This document shows positions 15,661 through 29,500 of a stretch of 64,000 bases of DNA, piece by piece (positions within the stretch are counted from its first letter, which is position 1; each line of letters starts with the position of its first letter). Location: NCBI GenBank assembly GCA_964016885.1, contig OZ024742.1, positions 292,764,001 through 292,828,000 of the forward strand, in the 5' to 3' direction. Position numbers and translations under genes: made by a program. The DNA comes from Eledone cirrhosa. Taxonomy: Eukaryota. The notes under the pieces were generated by a model. That model made no database searches. It was not told the origin of the DNA and worked only from the letters and a program-made list of their open reading frames with translations.

Positions 15661-18600
15661 GATATATCTGGTCATAAACACAACTATACTGAGTCAAGGT
15701 GATAGCTTAATAGATATATCTAGTCATAAACACAACTATACTGAGTCAAGGTGATAGCTTAATAGATATATCTAGTCATAAACACAACTATATAACTGAG
15801 TCAAGGTGATAGCTTAATAGATATATCTAGTCATAAACACAACTATATTACTGAGTCAAGGTGATAGCTTAATAGATATATCTGGTCATAAACACAACTA
15901 TACTATGTCAAGGTGATAGCTTAAAAGATATATCTAGTCATAAACACAACTATATTACTGAGTCAAAGTGATAGCTTAATAGATATATCTAGTCATAAAC
16001 ACAACTATATTACTGAGTCAAGGTGATAGCTTAATAGATATATCTAGTCATAAACACAACTATACTGAGTCAAGGTGATAGCTTAATAGATATATCTGGT
16101 CATAAACACAACTATACTGAGTCAAGGTGATAGCTTAATAGATATATCTAGTCATAAACACAACTATATTACTGAGTCAAGGTGATAGCTTAATAGATAT
16201 ATCTAGTCATAAACACAACTATATTACTGAGTCAAGGTGATAGCTTAATAGATATATCTGGTCGTAAACACAACTATACTGAGTCAAGGTGATAGCTTAA
16301 TAGATATGTCTGGTTATAAACACAACTATACTGAGTCAAGGTGATAGCTTAATAGATATATCTAGTCATAAACACAACTATATTACTGAGTCAAGGTGAT
16401 AGCTTAATAGATATATCTAGTCATAAACACAACTATATTACTGAGTCAAGGTGATAGCTGAATAGATATATCTAGTCATAAACACAACTATATTACTGAG
16501 GCAAGGTGATAGCTTAATAGATATATCTAGTCATAAACACATCTATACTGAGTCAAGGTGATAACTTAATAGATATATCTGGTCATAAACACAACTATAC
16601 TGAGTCAAGGTGATAGCTTAATAGATATATCTAGTCATAAACACAACTATATTACTGAGTCAAGGTGATAGCTTAATAGATATATCTGGTCATAAACAGA
16701 ACTATACCGAGTTAAGGTGATAGCTTAATAGATATTTCTGGTCATAAACACAACTATACTGAGTCAAGGTGATAGCTTAATAGATATATCTGGTCATAAA
16801 CACAACTCTACTGAGTCAAGGTGATAGCTTAATAGATATATCTAGTCATAAACACAACTATATAACTGAGTCAAGGTGATAGCTTAATAGATATATCTAG
16901 TCATAAACACAACTATACGGAGTCAAGGTGATAGCTTAATAGATATATCTGGTCATAAACACAACTATACTGAATCTAGGTGATAGCTTAATAGATATAT
17001 CTGGTCATAAACACAACTATACTGTGTCAAGGTGATAGCTTAATAGATATATCTAGTCATAAACACAACTATACTGAGTCAAGGTGATAGCTTTATAGAT
17101 ATATCTAGTCATAAACACAACTATATAACTGAGTCAAGGTGATAGCTTAATAGATATATCTAGTCATAAACACAACTATATTACTGAGTCAAGGTGATAG
17201 CTTAATAGATATATCTGGTCATAAACACAACTAAACTGTGTCAAGGTGATAGTTTAATAGATATATCTAGTCATAAACACAACTATATTACTGAGTCAAG
17301 GTGATAGCTTAATAGATATATCTAGTCATAAACACAACTATATTACTGAGTCAAGGTGATAGCTTAATAGATATATCTGGTCATAAACACAACTCTACTG
17401 AGTCAAGGTGATAGCTTAATAGATGTATCTAGTCATAAACACAACTATATATCTGAGTCAAGGTGATAGCTTAATAGATATATCTAGTCATAAACACAAC
17501 TATACTGAGTCAAGGTGATAGCTTAATAGATATATCTGGTCATAAACACAACTATACTGAGTCAAGGTGATAGCTTAATAGATATATCTAGTCATAAACA
17601 CAACTATATTACTGACTCAAGGTGATAGCTTAATAGATATATCTAGTCATAAACACAACTATATTACTGAGTCAAGGTGATAGCTTAATAGATATATCTA
17701 GTCATAAATACAACTATATTACTGATTCAAGGTGATAGCTTAATAGATATATCTAGTCATAAACACAACTATATTACTGAGTCAAGGTGATAGCTTAATA
17801 GATATATCTAGTCATAAATACAACTATATTACTGAGTCAAGGTGATAGCTTAATAGATATATCTAGTGATAAACACAACTATACTGAGTCAAGGTGATAG
17901 CTTAATAGATATATCTAGTCATAAACACAACTATATTACTGAGTCAAGGTGATAGCTTAATAGATATATCTGGTCATAAACACAACTATACTGAGTCAAG
18001 GTGATAGCTTAATAGATATATCTAGTCATAAACACAACTATATTACTGAGTCAAGGTGATAGCTTAATAGATATATCTAGTCATAAACACAACTATATTA
18101 CTGAGTCAAGGTGATAGCTTAATAGATATATCTAGTCATAAACACAACTATATTACTGATTCAAGGTGATAGCTTAATAGATATATCTAGTCATAAACAC
18201 AACTATATTACTGAGTCAAGGTGATAGCTTAATAGATATATCTGGTCATAAACACAACTCTACTGAGTCAAGGTGATAGCTTAATAGATGTATCTAGTCA
18301 TAAACACAACTATATATCTGAGTCACGGTGATAGATTAATAGATATATCTAGTCATAAACACAACTATACTGAGTCAAGGTGATAGCTTAATAGATATAT
18401 CTGGTCATAAACACAACTATACTGAGTCAAGGTGATAGCTTAATAGATATATCTGGTCATAAACACAACTATACTGTGTCAAGGTGATAGCTTAATAGAT
18501 AAATCTAGTCATAAACACAACTATATTACTGAGTCAAGGTGATAGCTTAATAGATATATCTAGTCATAAACACAACTATATTACTGAGTCAAGGTGTTAG

Positions 18601-19040
18601 CTTAATAGATATATCTAGTCATAAACACAACTATACTGAGTCAAGGTGATAGCTTAATAGATATATCTAGTCATAAACACAACTATATTACTGAGTCAAG
18701 GTGATAGCTTAATAGATATATCTAGTCATAAACACAACTATATAACTGAGTCAAGGTGATAGCTTAATAGATATATGTAGTCATAAACACAACTATATTA
18801 CTGAGTCAAGGTGATAGCTTAATAGATATATCTGGTCATAAACACAACTATACTGAGTCAAGGTGATAGCTTAATAGATATATCTAGTCATAAACACAAC
18901 TATATTACTGATTCAAGGTGATAGCTTAATAGATATATCTAGTCATAAACACAACTATATTACTGAGTCAAGGTGATAGCTTAATAGATATATCTAGTCA
19001 TAAACACATCTATACTGAGTCAACGTGATAGCTTAATAGA
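11430..19040 (+). repeat. Tandem duplication of ~3.75-3.86 kb (~11430-15180 repeated at ~15180-19040)
   Basis: TATGTC 12150/15904 (offset 3754) and TACGG 13163/16918. After two extra 52-mers near 16930-17040 the offset is 3859-3860 (GTCACGG 14467/18326, CAACGTG 15164/19024). Confidence 0.88.
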
Positions 19041-20889
19041 TATATCTGGTCATAAACACAACTATACTGAGTCAAGGTGATAGCTTAATAGATATATCTA
19101 GTCATAAACACAACTATATTACTGAGTCAAGGTGATAGCTTAATAGATATATCTAGTCATAAACACAACTATATTACTGAGTCAAGGTGATAGCTTAATA
19201 GATATATCTAGTCATAAACACAACTATATTACTGATTCAAGGTGATAGCTTAATAGATATATCTAGTCATAAACACAACTATATTACTGAGTCAAGGTGA
19301 TAGCTTAATAGATATATCTGGTCATAAACACAACTCTACTGAGTCAAGGTGATAGCTTAATAGATGTATCTAGTCATAAACACAACTATATATCTGAGTC
19401 ACGGTGATAGCTTAATAGATATATCTAGTCATAAACACAACTATACTGAGTCAAGGTGATAGCTTAATAGATATATCTGGTCATAAACACAACTATACTG
19501 AGTCAAGGTGATAGCTTAATAGATATATCTAGTCATAAACACAACTATATTACTGAGTCAAGGTGATAGCTTAATAGATATATCTGGTCATAAACAGAAC
19601 TATACCTAGTTAAGGTGATAGCTTAATAGATATTTCTGGTCATAAACACAACTATACTGAGTCAAGGTGATAGCTTAATAGATATATCTGGTCATAAACA
19701 CAACTCTACTGAGTCAAGGTGATAGCTTAATAGATATATCTAGTCATAAACACAACTATATAACTGAGTCAAGGTGATAGCTTAATAGATATATCTAGTC
19801 ATAAACACAACTATACGGAGTCAAGGTGATAGCTTAATAGATATATCTGGTCATAAACACAACTATACTGAATCTAGGTGATAGCTTAATAGATATATCT
19901 GGTCATAAACACAACTATACTGTGTGAAGGTGATAGCTTAATAGATATATCTAGTCATAAACACAACTATACTGAGTCAAGGTGATAGCTTTATAGATAT
20001 ATCTAGTCATAAACACAACTATATAACTGAGTCAAGGTGATAGCTTAATAGATATATCTAGTCATAAACACAACTATATTACTGAGTCAAGGTGATAGCT
20101 TAATAGATATATCTGGTCATAAACACAACTAAACTGTGTCAAGGTGATAGTTTAATAGATATATCTAGTCATAAACACAACTATATTACTGAGTCAAGGT
20201 GATAGCTTAATAGATATATCTAGTCATAAACACAACTATATTACTGAGTCAAGGTGATAGCTTAATAGATATATCTGGTCATAAACACAACTCTACTGAG
20301 TCAAGGTGATAGCTTAATAGATGTATCTAGTCATAAACACAACTATATATCTGAGTCAAGGTGATAGCTTAATAGATATATCTAGTCATAAACACAACTA
20401 TACTGAGTCAAGGTGATAGCTTAATAGATATATCTGGTCATAAACACAACTATACCGAGTTAAGGTGATAGCTTAATAGATATATCTGGTCATAAACACA
20501 ACTATACTGAGTCAAGGTGATAGCTTAATAGATATATCTAGTCATAAACACAACTATACTGAGTCAAGGTGATAGCTTAATAGATATATCTAGTCATAAA
20601 CACAACTATATAACTGAGTCAAGGTGATAGCTTAATAGATATATCTAGTCATAAACACAACTATATTACTGAGTCAAGGTGATAGCTTAATAGATATATC
20701 TAGTCATAAACACAACTATACTGAGTCAAGGTGATAGCTTAATAGATATATCTGGTCATAAACACAACTATACTGAGTCAAGGTGTTAACTTAATAGATA
20801 TATCTAGTCATAAACACAACTATATTACTGAGTCAAGGTGATAGCTTAATAGATATATCTGGTTATAAACACAACTATACTGAGTCAAG

Positions 20890-23630
20890 GTGATAGCTTA
20901 ATAGATATATCTAGTCATAAACACAACTATATTACTGAGCCAAGGTGATAGCTTAATAGATATATCTAGTCATAAACACAACTATATTACTGAGTCAAGC
21001 TGATAGCTTAATAGATATATCTGGTGATAAACACAACTATACTGTGTCAAGGTGATAGCTTAATAGATATATCTAGTCATAAACACAACTATATTACTGA
21101 GTCAAGGTGATAGCTTAATAGATATATCTAGTCATAAACACAACTATACTGAGTCAAGGTGATAGCTTAATAGATATATCTGGTCATAAACACAACTATA
21201 CTGAGTCAAGGTGATAGCTTAATAGATATATCTAGTCATAAACACTACTATTTTACTGAGTCAAGGTGATAGCTTAATAGATATATCTAGTCATAAACAC
21301 AACTATATTACTGAGTCAAACTTAATAGCTTAATAGATATATCTAGTCATAAACACAACTATATTACTGATTCAAGGTGATAGCTTAATAGATATATCTA
21401 GTCATAAACACAACTATGTTACTGAGTCAAGGTGATAGCTTAATAGATATATCTAGTCATAAACACAACTATACTGAGTCAAGGTGATAGCTTAATAGAT
21501 ATATCTGGTCATAAACACAACTATACTGAGTCAAGGTGATAGCTTAATAGATATATCTAGTCATAAACACAACTATATTACTGACTCAAGCTGATAGCTT
21601 AATAGATATATCTAGTCATAAACACAACTATATTACTGAGTCAAGGTGATAGCTTAATAGATATATCTAGTCATAAACACAACTATACTGAGTCAAGGTG
21701 ATAGCTTCATAGATATATCTAGTCATAAACACAACTATATTACTGAGTCAAGGTGATAGCTGAATAGATATATCTAGTCATAAACACAACTATATTACTG
21801 AGGCAAGGTGATAGCTTAATAGATATATCTAGTCATAAACACAACTATACTGAGTCAAGGTGATAGCTTAATAGATATATCTGGTCATAAACACAACTAT
21901 ACTGAGTCAAGGTGATAGCTTAATAGATATATCTAGTCATAAACACAACTATATTACTGAGTCAAGGTGATAGCTTAATAGATATATCTGGTCATAAACA
22001 CAACTATACCGAGTTAAGGTGATAGCTTAATAGATATATCTAGTCATAAACACTACTAAATTACTGAGTCAAGGTGATAGCTTAATAGATATATCTAGTC
22101 ATAAACACAACTATATTACTGAGTCAAGGTGATAGCTTAATAGATATATCTAGTCATAAACACAACTATATTACTGATTCAAGGTGATAGCTTAATAGAT
22201 ATATCTAGTCATAAACACAACTATATTACTGAGTCAAGGTGATAGCTTAATAGATATATCTAGTGATAAACACAACTATACTGAATCAAGGTGATAGCTT
22301 AATAGATATATCTGGTCATAAACACAACTATACTGAGTCAAACACAACTATATTACTGACTCAAGGTGATAGTTTAATAGATATATCTAGTCATAAACAC
22401 AACTATATTACTGAGTCAAGGTGATAGCTTAATAGATATATCTAGTCATAAACACAACTATATTACTGAGCCAAGGTGATAGCTTAATAGATATATCTAG
22501 TCATAAACACAACTATATTACTGAGTCAAGCTGATAGCTTAATAGATATATCTGGTGATAAACACAACTATACTGTGTCATGGTGATAGCTTAATAGATA
22601 TATCTAGTCATAAACACAACTATATTACTGAGTCAAGGTGATAGCTTAATAGATATATCTAGTCATAAACACAACTATACTGAGTCAAGGTGATAGCTTA
22701 ATAGATATATCTGGTCATAAACACAACTATACTGAGTCAAGGTGATAGCTTAATAGATATATCTAGTCATAAACACTACTATTTTACTGAGTCAAGGTGA
22801 TAGCTTAATAGATATATCTAGTCATAAACACAACTATATTACTGAGTCAAACTTAATAGCTTAATAGATATATCTAGTCATAAACACAACTATACTGAGT
22901 CAAGGTGATAGCTTCATAGATATATCTAGTCATAAACACAACTATATTACTGAGTCAAGGTGATAGCTGAATAGATATATCTAGTCATAAACACAACTAT
23001 ATTACTGAGGCAAGGTGATAGCTTAATAGATATATCTATTCATAAACACAACTATACTGAGTCAAGGTGATAGCTTAATAGATATATCTGGTCATAAACA
23101 CAACTATACTGAGTCAAGGTGATAGCTTAATAGATATATCTAGTCATAAACACAACTATATTACTGAGTCAAGGTGATAGCTTAATAGATATATCTGGTC
23201 ATAAACACAACTATACCGAGTTAAGGTGATAGCTTAATAGATATATCTAGTCATAAACACTACTAAATTACTGAGTCAAGGTGATAGCTTAATAGATATA
23301 TCTAGTCATAACACAACTATATTACTGAGTCAAGGTGATAGCTTAATAGATATATCTAGTCATAAACACAACTATATTACTGATTCAAGGTGATAGCTTA
23401 ATAGATATATCTAGTCATAAACACAACTATATTACTGAGTCAAGGTGATAGCTTAATAGATATATCTAGTGATAAACACAACTATACTGAATCAAGGTGA
23501 TAGCTTAATAGATATATCTGGTCATAAACACAACTATACTGAGTCAAACACAACTATATTACTGACTCAAGGTGATAGTTTAATAGATATATCTAGTCAT
23601 AAACACAACTATATTACTGAGTCAAGGTGA
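20890..23630 (+). repeat. Tandem duplication of a ~1531-bp block whose second copy lacks ~324 bp (about 6 monomers)
   Basis: CAAACTTAATAG 21321/22852 (offset 1531), then GCTTCATAG 21708/22915 (1207) and the truncated monomer 22341/23547 (1206). A third partial copy lies at ~25180-25920 (25492, offset 4171). Confidence 0.85.
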
Positions 23631-26539
23631 TAGCTTAATAGATATATCTAGTCATAAATACAACTATATTACTGATTCAAGGTGATAGCTTAATAGATAT
23701 ATCTAGTCATAAACACAACTATATTACTGAGTCAAGGTGATAGCTTAATAGATATATCTGGTCATAAACACAACTCTACTGAGTCAAGGTGATAGCTTAA
23801 TAGATATATCTAGTCATAAACAAAACTATATTACTGAGTCAAGGTGATAGCTTAATAGATATATCTAGTCATAAACACAACTATACTGAGTCAAGGTGAT
23901 AGCTTAATAGATATATCTGGTCATAAACACAACTATACTGAGTCAAGGTGATAGCTTAATAGATATATCTAGTCATAAACACAACTATATTACTGAGTCA
24001 AGGTGATAGCTTAATAGATATATCTAGTCATAAACACAACTATATTACTGAGTCAAGGTGATAGCTTAATAGATATATCTAGTCATAAACACAACTATAC
24101 TGAGTCAAGGTGATAGCTTAATAGATATATCTGGTCATAAACACAACTATACCGAGTTAAGGTGATAGATTAATAGATATATCTGGTCATAAACACAACT
24201 ATACTGAGTCAAGGTGATAGATTAATAGATATATCTAGTCATAAACACAACTATACTGAGTCAAGGTGATAGCTTAATAGATATATCTAGTCATAAACAC
24301 AACTATATAACTGAGTCAAGGTGATAGCTTAATAGATATATCTAGTCATAAACACAACTATATTACTGAGTCAAGGTGATAGCTTAATAGATATATCTAG
24401 TCATAAACACAACTATACTGAGTCAAGGTTATAGCTTAATAGATATATCTGGTCATAAACACAACTATACTGAGTCAAGGTGTTAGCTTAATAGATATAT
24501 CTAGTCATAAACACAACTATATTACTGAGTCAAGGTGATAGCTTAATAGATATATCTAGTCATAAACACAACTATACTTAGTCAAGGTGATAGCTTAATA
24601 GATATATCTGGTCATAAACACAACTATACCGAGTTAAGGTGATAGCTTAATAGATATATCTGGTCGTAAACACAACTATACTGAGTCAAGGTGATAGCTT
24701 AATAGATATATCTGGTTATAAACACAACTATACTGAGTCAAGGTGATAGCTTAATAGATATATCTAGTCAAAAACACAACTATATTACTGAGTCAAGGTG
24801 ATAGCTTAATAGATACATCTAGTCATAAACACAACTATATTACTGAGTCAAGGTGATAGCTTAATAGATATATCTAGTCATAAACACAACTATACTGAGT
24901 CAAGGTGATAACTTAATAGATATATCTGGTCATAAACACAACTATACCGAGTTAAGGTGATAGCTTAATAGATATATCTGGTCATAAACACAACTATACT
25001 GAGTCAAGGTGATAGCTTAATAGATATATCTAGTCATAAACACAACTATACTGAGTCAAGGTGATTGCTTAATAGATATATCTAGTCATAAACACAACTA
25101 TATAACTGAGTCAAGGTGATAGCTTAATAGATATATCTAGTCATAAACACAACTATATTACTGAGTCAAGGTGATAGCTTAATAGATATATCTGGTGATA
25201 AACACAACTATACTGTGTCAAGGTGATCGCTTAATAGATATATCTAGTCATAAACACAACTATATTACTGAGTCAAGGTGATAGCTTAATAGATATATCT
25301 AGTCATAAACACAACTATACTGAGTCAAGGTGATAGCTTAATAGATATATCTGGTCATAAACACAACTATACTGAGTCAAGGTGATAGCTTAATAGATAT
25401 ATCTAGTCATAAACACTACTATTTTACTGAGTCAAGGTGATAGCTTAATAGATATATCTAGTCATAAACACAACTATATTACTGAGTCAAACTTAATAGC
25501 TTAATAGATATATCTAGTCATAAACACAACTATATTACTGATTCAAGGTGATAGCTTAATAGATATATCTAGTCATAAACACAACTATGTTACTGAGTCA
25601 AGGTGATAGCTTAATAGATATATCTAGTCATAAACACAACTATACTGAGTCAAGGTGATAGCTTAATAGATATATCTGGTCATAAACACAACTATACTGA
25701 GTCAAGGTGATAGCTTAATAGATATATCTAGTCATAAACACTACTATATTACTGACTCAAGCTGATAGCTTAATAGATATATCTAGTCATAAACACAACT
25801 ATATTACTGAGTCAAGGTGATAGCTTAATAGATATATCTAGTCATAAACACAACTATACTGAGTCAAGGTGATAGCTTCATAGATATATCTAGTCATAAA
25901 CACAACTATATTACTGAGTCAAGGTGATAGCTTAATAGATATATCTAGTCATAAACACAACAATATTACTGAGTCAAGGTGATAGCTTAATAGATATATC
26001 TAGTCATAAACACAACTATATTACTGAGTCAAGGTGATAGCTTAATAGATATATCTGGTCATAAACACAACTATACTGAGTCAAGGTGATAGCTTAATAG
26101 ATATATCTGGTTATAAACACAACTATACTGAGTCAAGGTGATAGCTTAATAGATATATCTAGTCATAAACACAACTATATTACTGAGTCAAGGTGATAGC
26201 TTAATGGATATATCTAGTCATAAACACAACTATATTACTGAGTCAAGGTGATAGCTTAATAGATATATCTAGTCATAAACACAACTATATTACTAAGTCA
26301 AGGTGATAGCTTAATAGATATATCTAGTCATAAACACAACTATATTACTGAGTCAAGGTGATAGCTTAATAGATATATCTAGTCATAAACACAACTATGC
26401 TGAGTCAAGGTGATAGCTTAATAGATATATCTGGTCATAAACACAACTATACTGAGTCAAGGTGATAGCTTAATAGATATATCTACTCATAAACACTACT
26501 ATATTACTGAGTCAAGGTGATAGCTTAATAGATTTATCT

Positions 26540-29500
26540 AGTCATAAACACAACTATATTACTGAGTCAAGGTGATAGCTTAATAGATATATCTAGTCAT
26601 AAACACAACTATATTACTGAGTCAAGGTGATAGCTTAATAGATATATCTAGTCATAAACACAACTATACTGAGTCAAGGTGATAGATTAATAGATATATC
26701 TGGTCATAAACACAACTATACTGAGTGAAGGTGATAGCTTAATAGATATATCTAGTCATAAACACAACTATATTACTGACTCAAGGTGATAGCTTAATAA
26801 ATATATCTAGTCATAAACACAACTATATTACTGAGTCAAGGTGATAGCTTAATAGATATATCTAGTCATAAATACAACTATATTACTGATTCAAGGTGAT
26901 AGCTTAATAGATATATCTAGTCATAAACACAACTATATTACTGAGTCAAGGTGATAGCTTAATAGATATATCTGGTCATAAACACAACTCTACTGAGTCA
27001 AGGTGATAGCTTAATAGATATATCTAGTCATAAACACAACTATATTACTGAGTCAAGGTGATAGCTTAATAGATATATCTAGTCATAAACACAACTATAC
27101 TGAGTCAAGGTGATAGCTTAATAGATATATCTGGTCTTAAACACAACTATACTGTGTCAAGGTGATAGCTTAATAGATATATCTAGTCATAAATACAACT
27201 ATATTACTGAGTCAAGGTGATAGCTTAATAGATATATCTACTCATAAACACAACTATATTACTGAGTCAAGGTGATAGCTTAATATATATATCTAGTCAT
27301 AAACACAACTATATTACTGAGTCAAGGTGATAGCTTAATAGATATATCTAGTCATAAACACAACTATATTACTGAGTCAAGGTGATAGCTTAATAGATAT
27401 ATCTAGTCATAAACACAACTATAATACTGAGTCAAGGTGATAGCTTAATATATATATCTAGTCATAAACACAACTATACTGAGTCAAGGTGATAGCTTAA
27501 TAGATATATCTGGTCATAAACACAACTATACTGAGTCAAGGTGATAGCTTAACAGATATATCTAGTCATAAACACAACTATATTACTGAGTCAAGGTGAT
27601 AGCTTAATAGATATATCTAGTCATAAACACAACTATATTACTGAGTCAAGGTGATAGCTTAATAGATATATCTAGTCATAAACACAACTATATTACTGAG
27701 TCAAGGTGATAGCTTAATAGATATATCTAGTCATAAACACAACTATATTACTGAGTCAAGGTGATAGCTTAATAGATATATCTAGTCATAAACACAACTA
27801 TATTACTGAGTCAAGGTGATAGCTTAATAGATATATCTAGTCATAAACACAACTATATATATTCAAGGTGATAGCTTAATAGATATATCTAGTCATAAAC
27901 ACAACTATATTACTGAGTCAAGGTGATAGCTTAATGGATATATCTAGTGATAAACACAACTATACTGAGTCAAGGTGATAGCTTAATAGATATATCTGGT
28001 CATAAACACAAGTATACTGAGTCAAGGTGATAGCTTAATAGATATATCTAGTCATAAACACAACTATATTACTGACTCAAGGTGATAGCTTAATAGATAT
28101 ATCTAGTCATAAACACAACTATATTACTGAGTCAAGGTGATAGCTTAATAGATATATCTAGTCATAAATACAACTATATTACTGATTCAAGGTGATAGCT
28201 TAATAGATATATCTAGTCATAAACACAACTATATTACTGAGTCAAGGTGATAGCTTAATAGATATATCTGGTCATAAACACAACTCTACTGAGTCAAGGT
28301 GATAGCTTAATAGATATATCTGGTCATAAACACAACTATACTGAGTCTAGGTGATAGCTTAATAGATATATCTGGTCATAAACACAACTATACTGTGTCA
28401 AGGTGATAGCTTAATAGATATATCTAGTCATAAACACAACTATATTACTGAGTCAAGGTGATAGCTTAATAGATATATCTAGTCATCAACACAACTATAT
28501 TACTGAGTCAAGGTGATAACTTAATAGATATATCTAGTCATAAACACAACTATATTGCTGAGTCAAGGTGATAGCTTTATAGATATATCTGGTCATAAAC
28601 ACAACTATACTGTGTCAAGGTGATAGCTTAATAGATATATCTGGTCATAAACACAACTATGTTACTGAGTCAAGGTGATAGCTTAATAGATATATCTGGT
28701 CATAAACACAACTATACTGTGTCAAGGTGATAGCTTAATAGATATATCTGGTCATAAACACAACTATATTACTGAGTCAAAGTGATAGCTTAATAGATAT
28801 ATCTAGTCATAAACCAACTATATTACTGAGTCAAGGTGATAGCTTAATAGATATATCTAGTCATAAACACAACTATACTGAGTCAAGGTGATAGCTTAAT
28901 AGATATATCTAGTCATAAACACAACTATATTACTGAGTCAAGGTGATAGCTTAATAGATATATCTAGTCATAAACCAACTATATTACTGAGTCAAGGTGA
29001 TAGCTTAATAGATATATCTAGTCATAAACACAACTATATTAGTGAGTCAAGGTGATAGCTTGATAGATATATCTAGTCATCAACACAACTATATTACTGA
29101 GTCAAGGTGATAGCTTAATAGATATATCTAGTCATAAACACAACCATATTACTGAGTCAAGGTGATAGCTTAATATATATATCTGGTCTTAAACACAACT
29201 ATACTGTGTCAAGGTGATAGCTTAATAGATATATCTAGTCATAAATACAACTATATTACTGAGTCAAGGTGATAGCTTAATAGATATATCTAGTCATAAA
29301 CACAACTATATTACTGAGTCAAGGTGATAGCTTAATAGATATATCTAGTCATAAACACAACTATATTACTGAGTCAAGGTGATAGCTTAATAGATATATC
29401 TAGTCATAAACACAACTATACTGAGTCAAGGTGATAGATTAATAGATATATCTGGTCATAAACACAACTATACTGAGTGAAGGTGATAGCTTAATAGATA

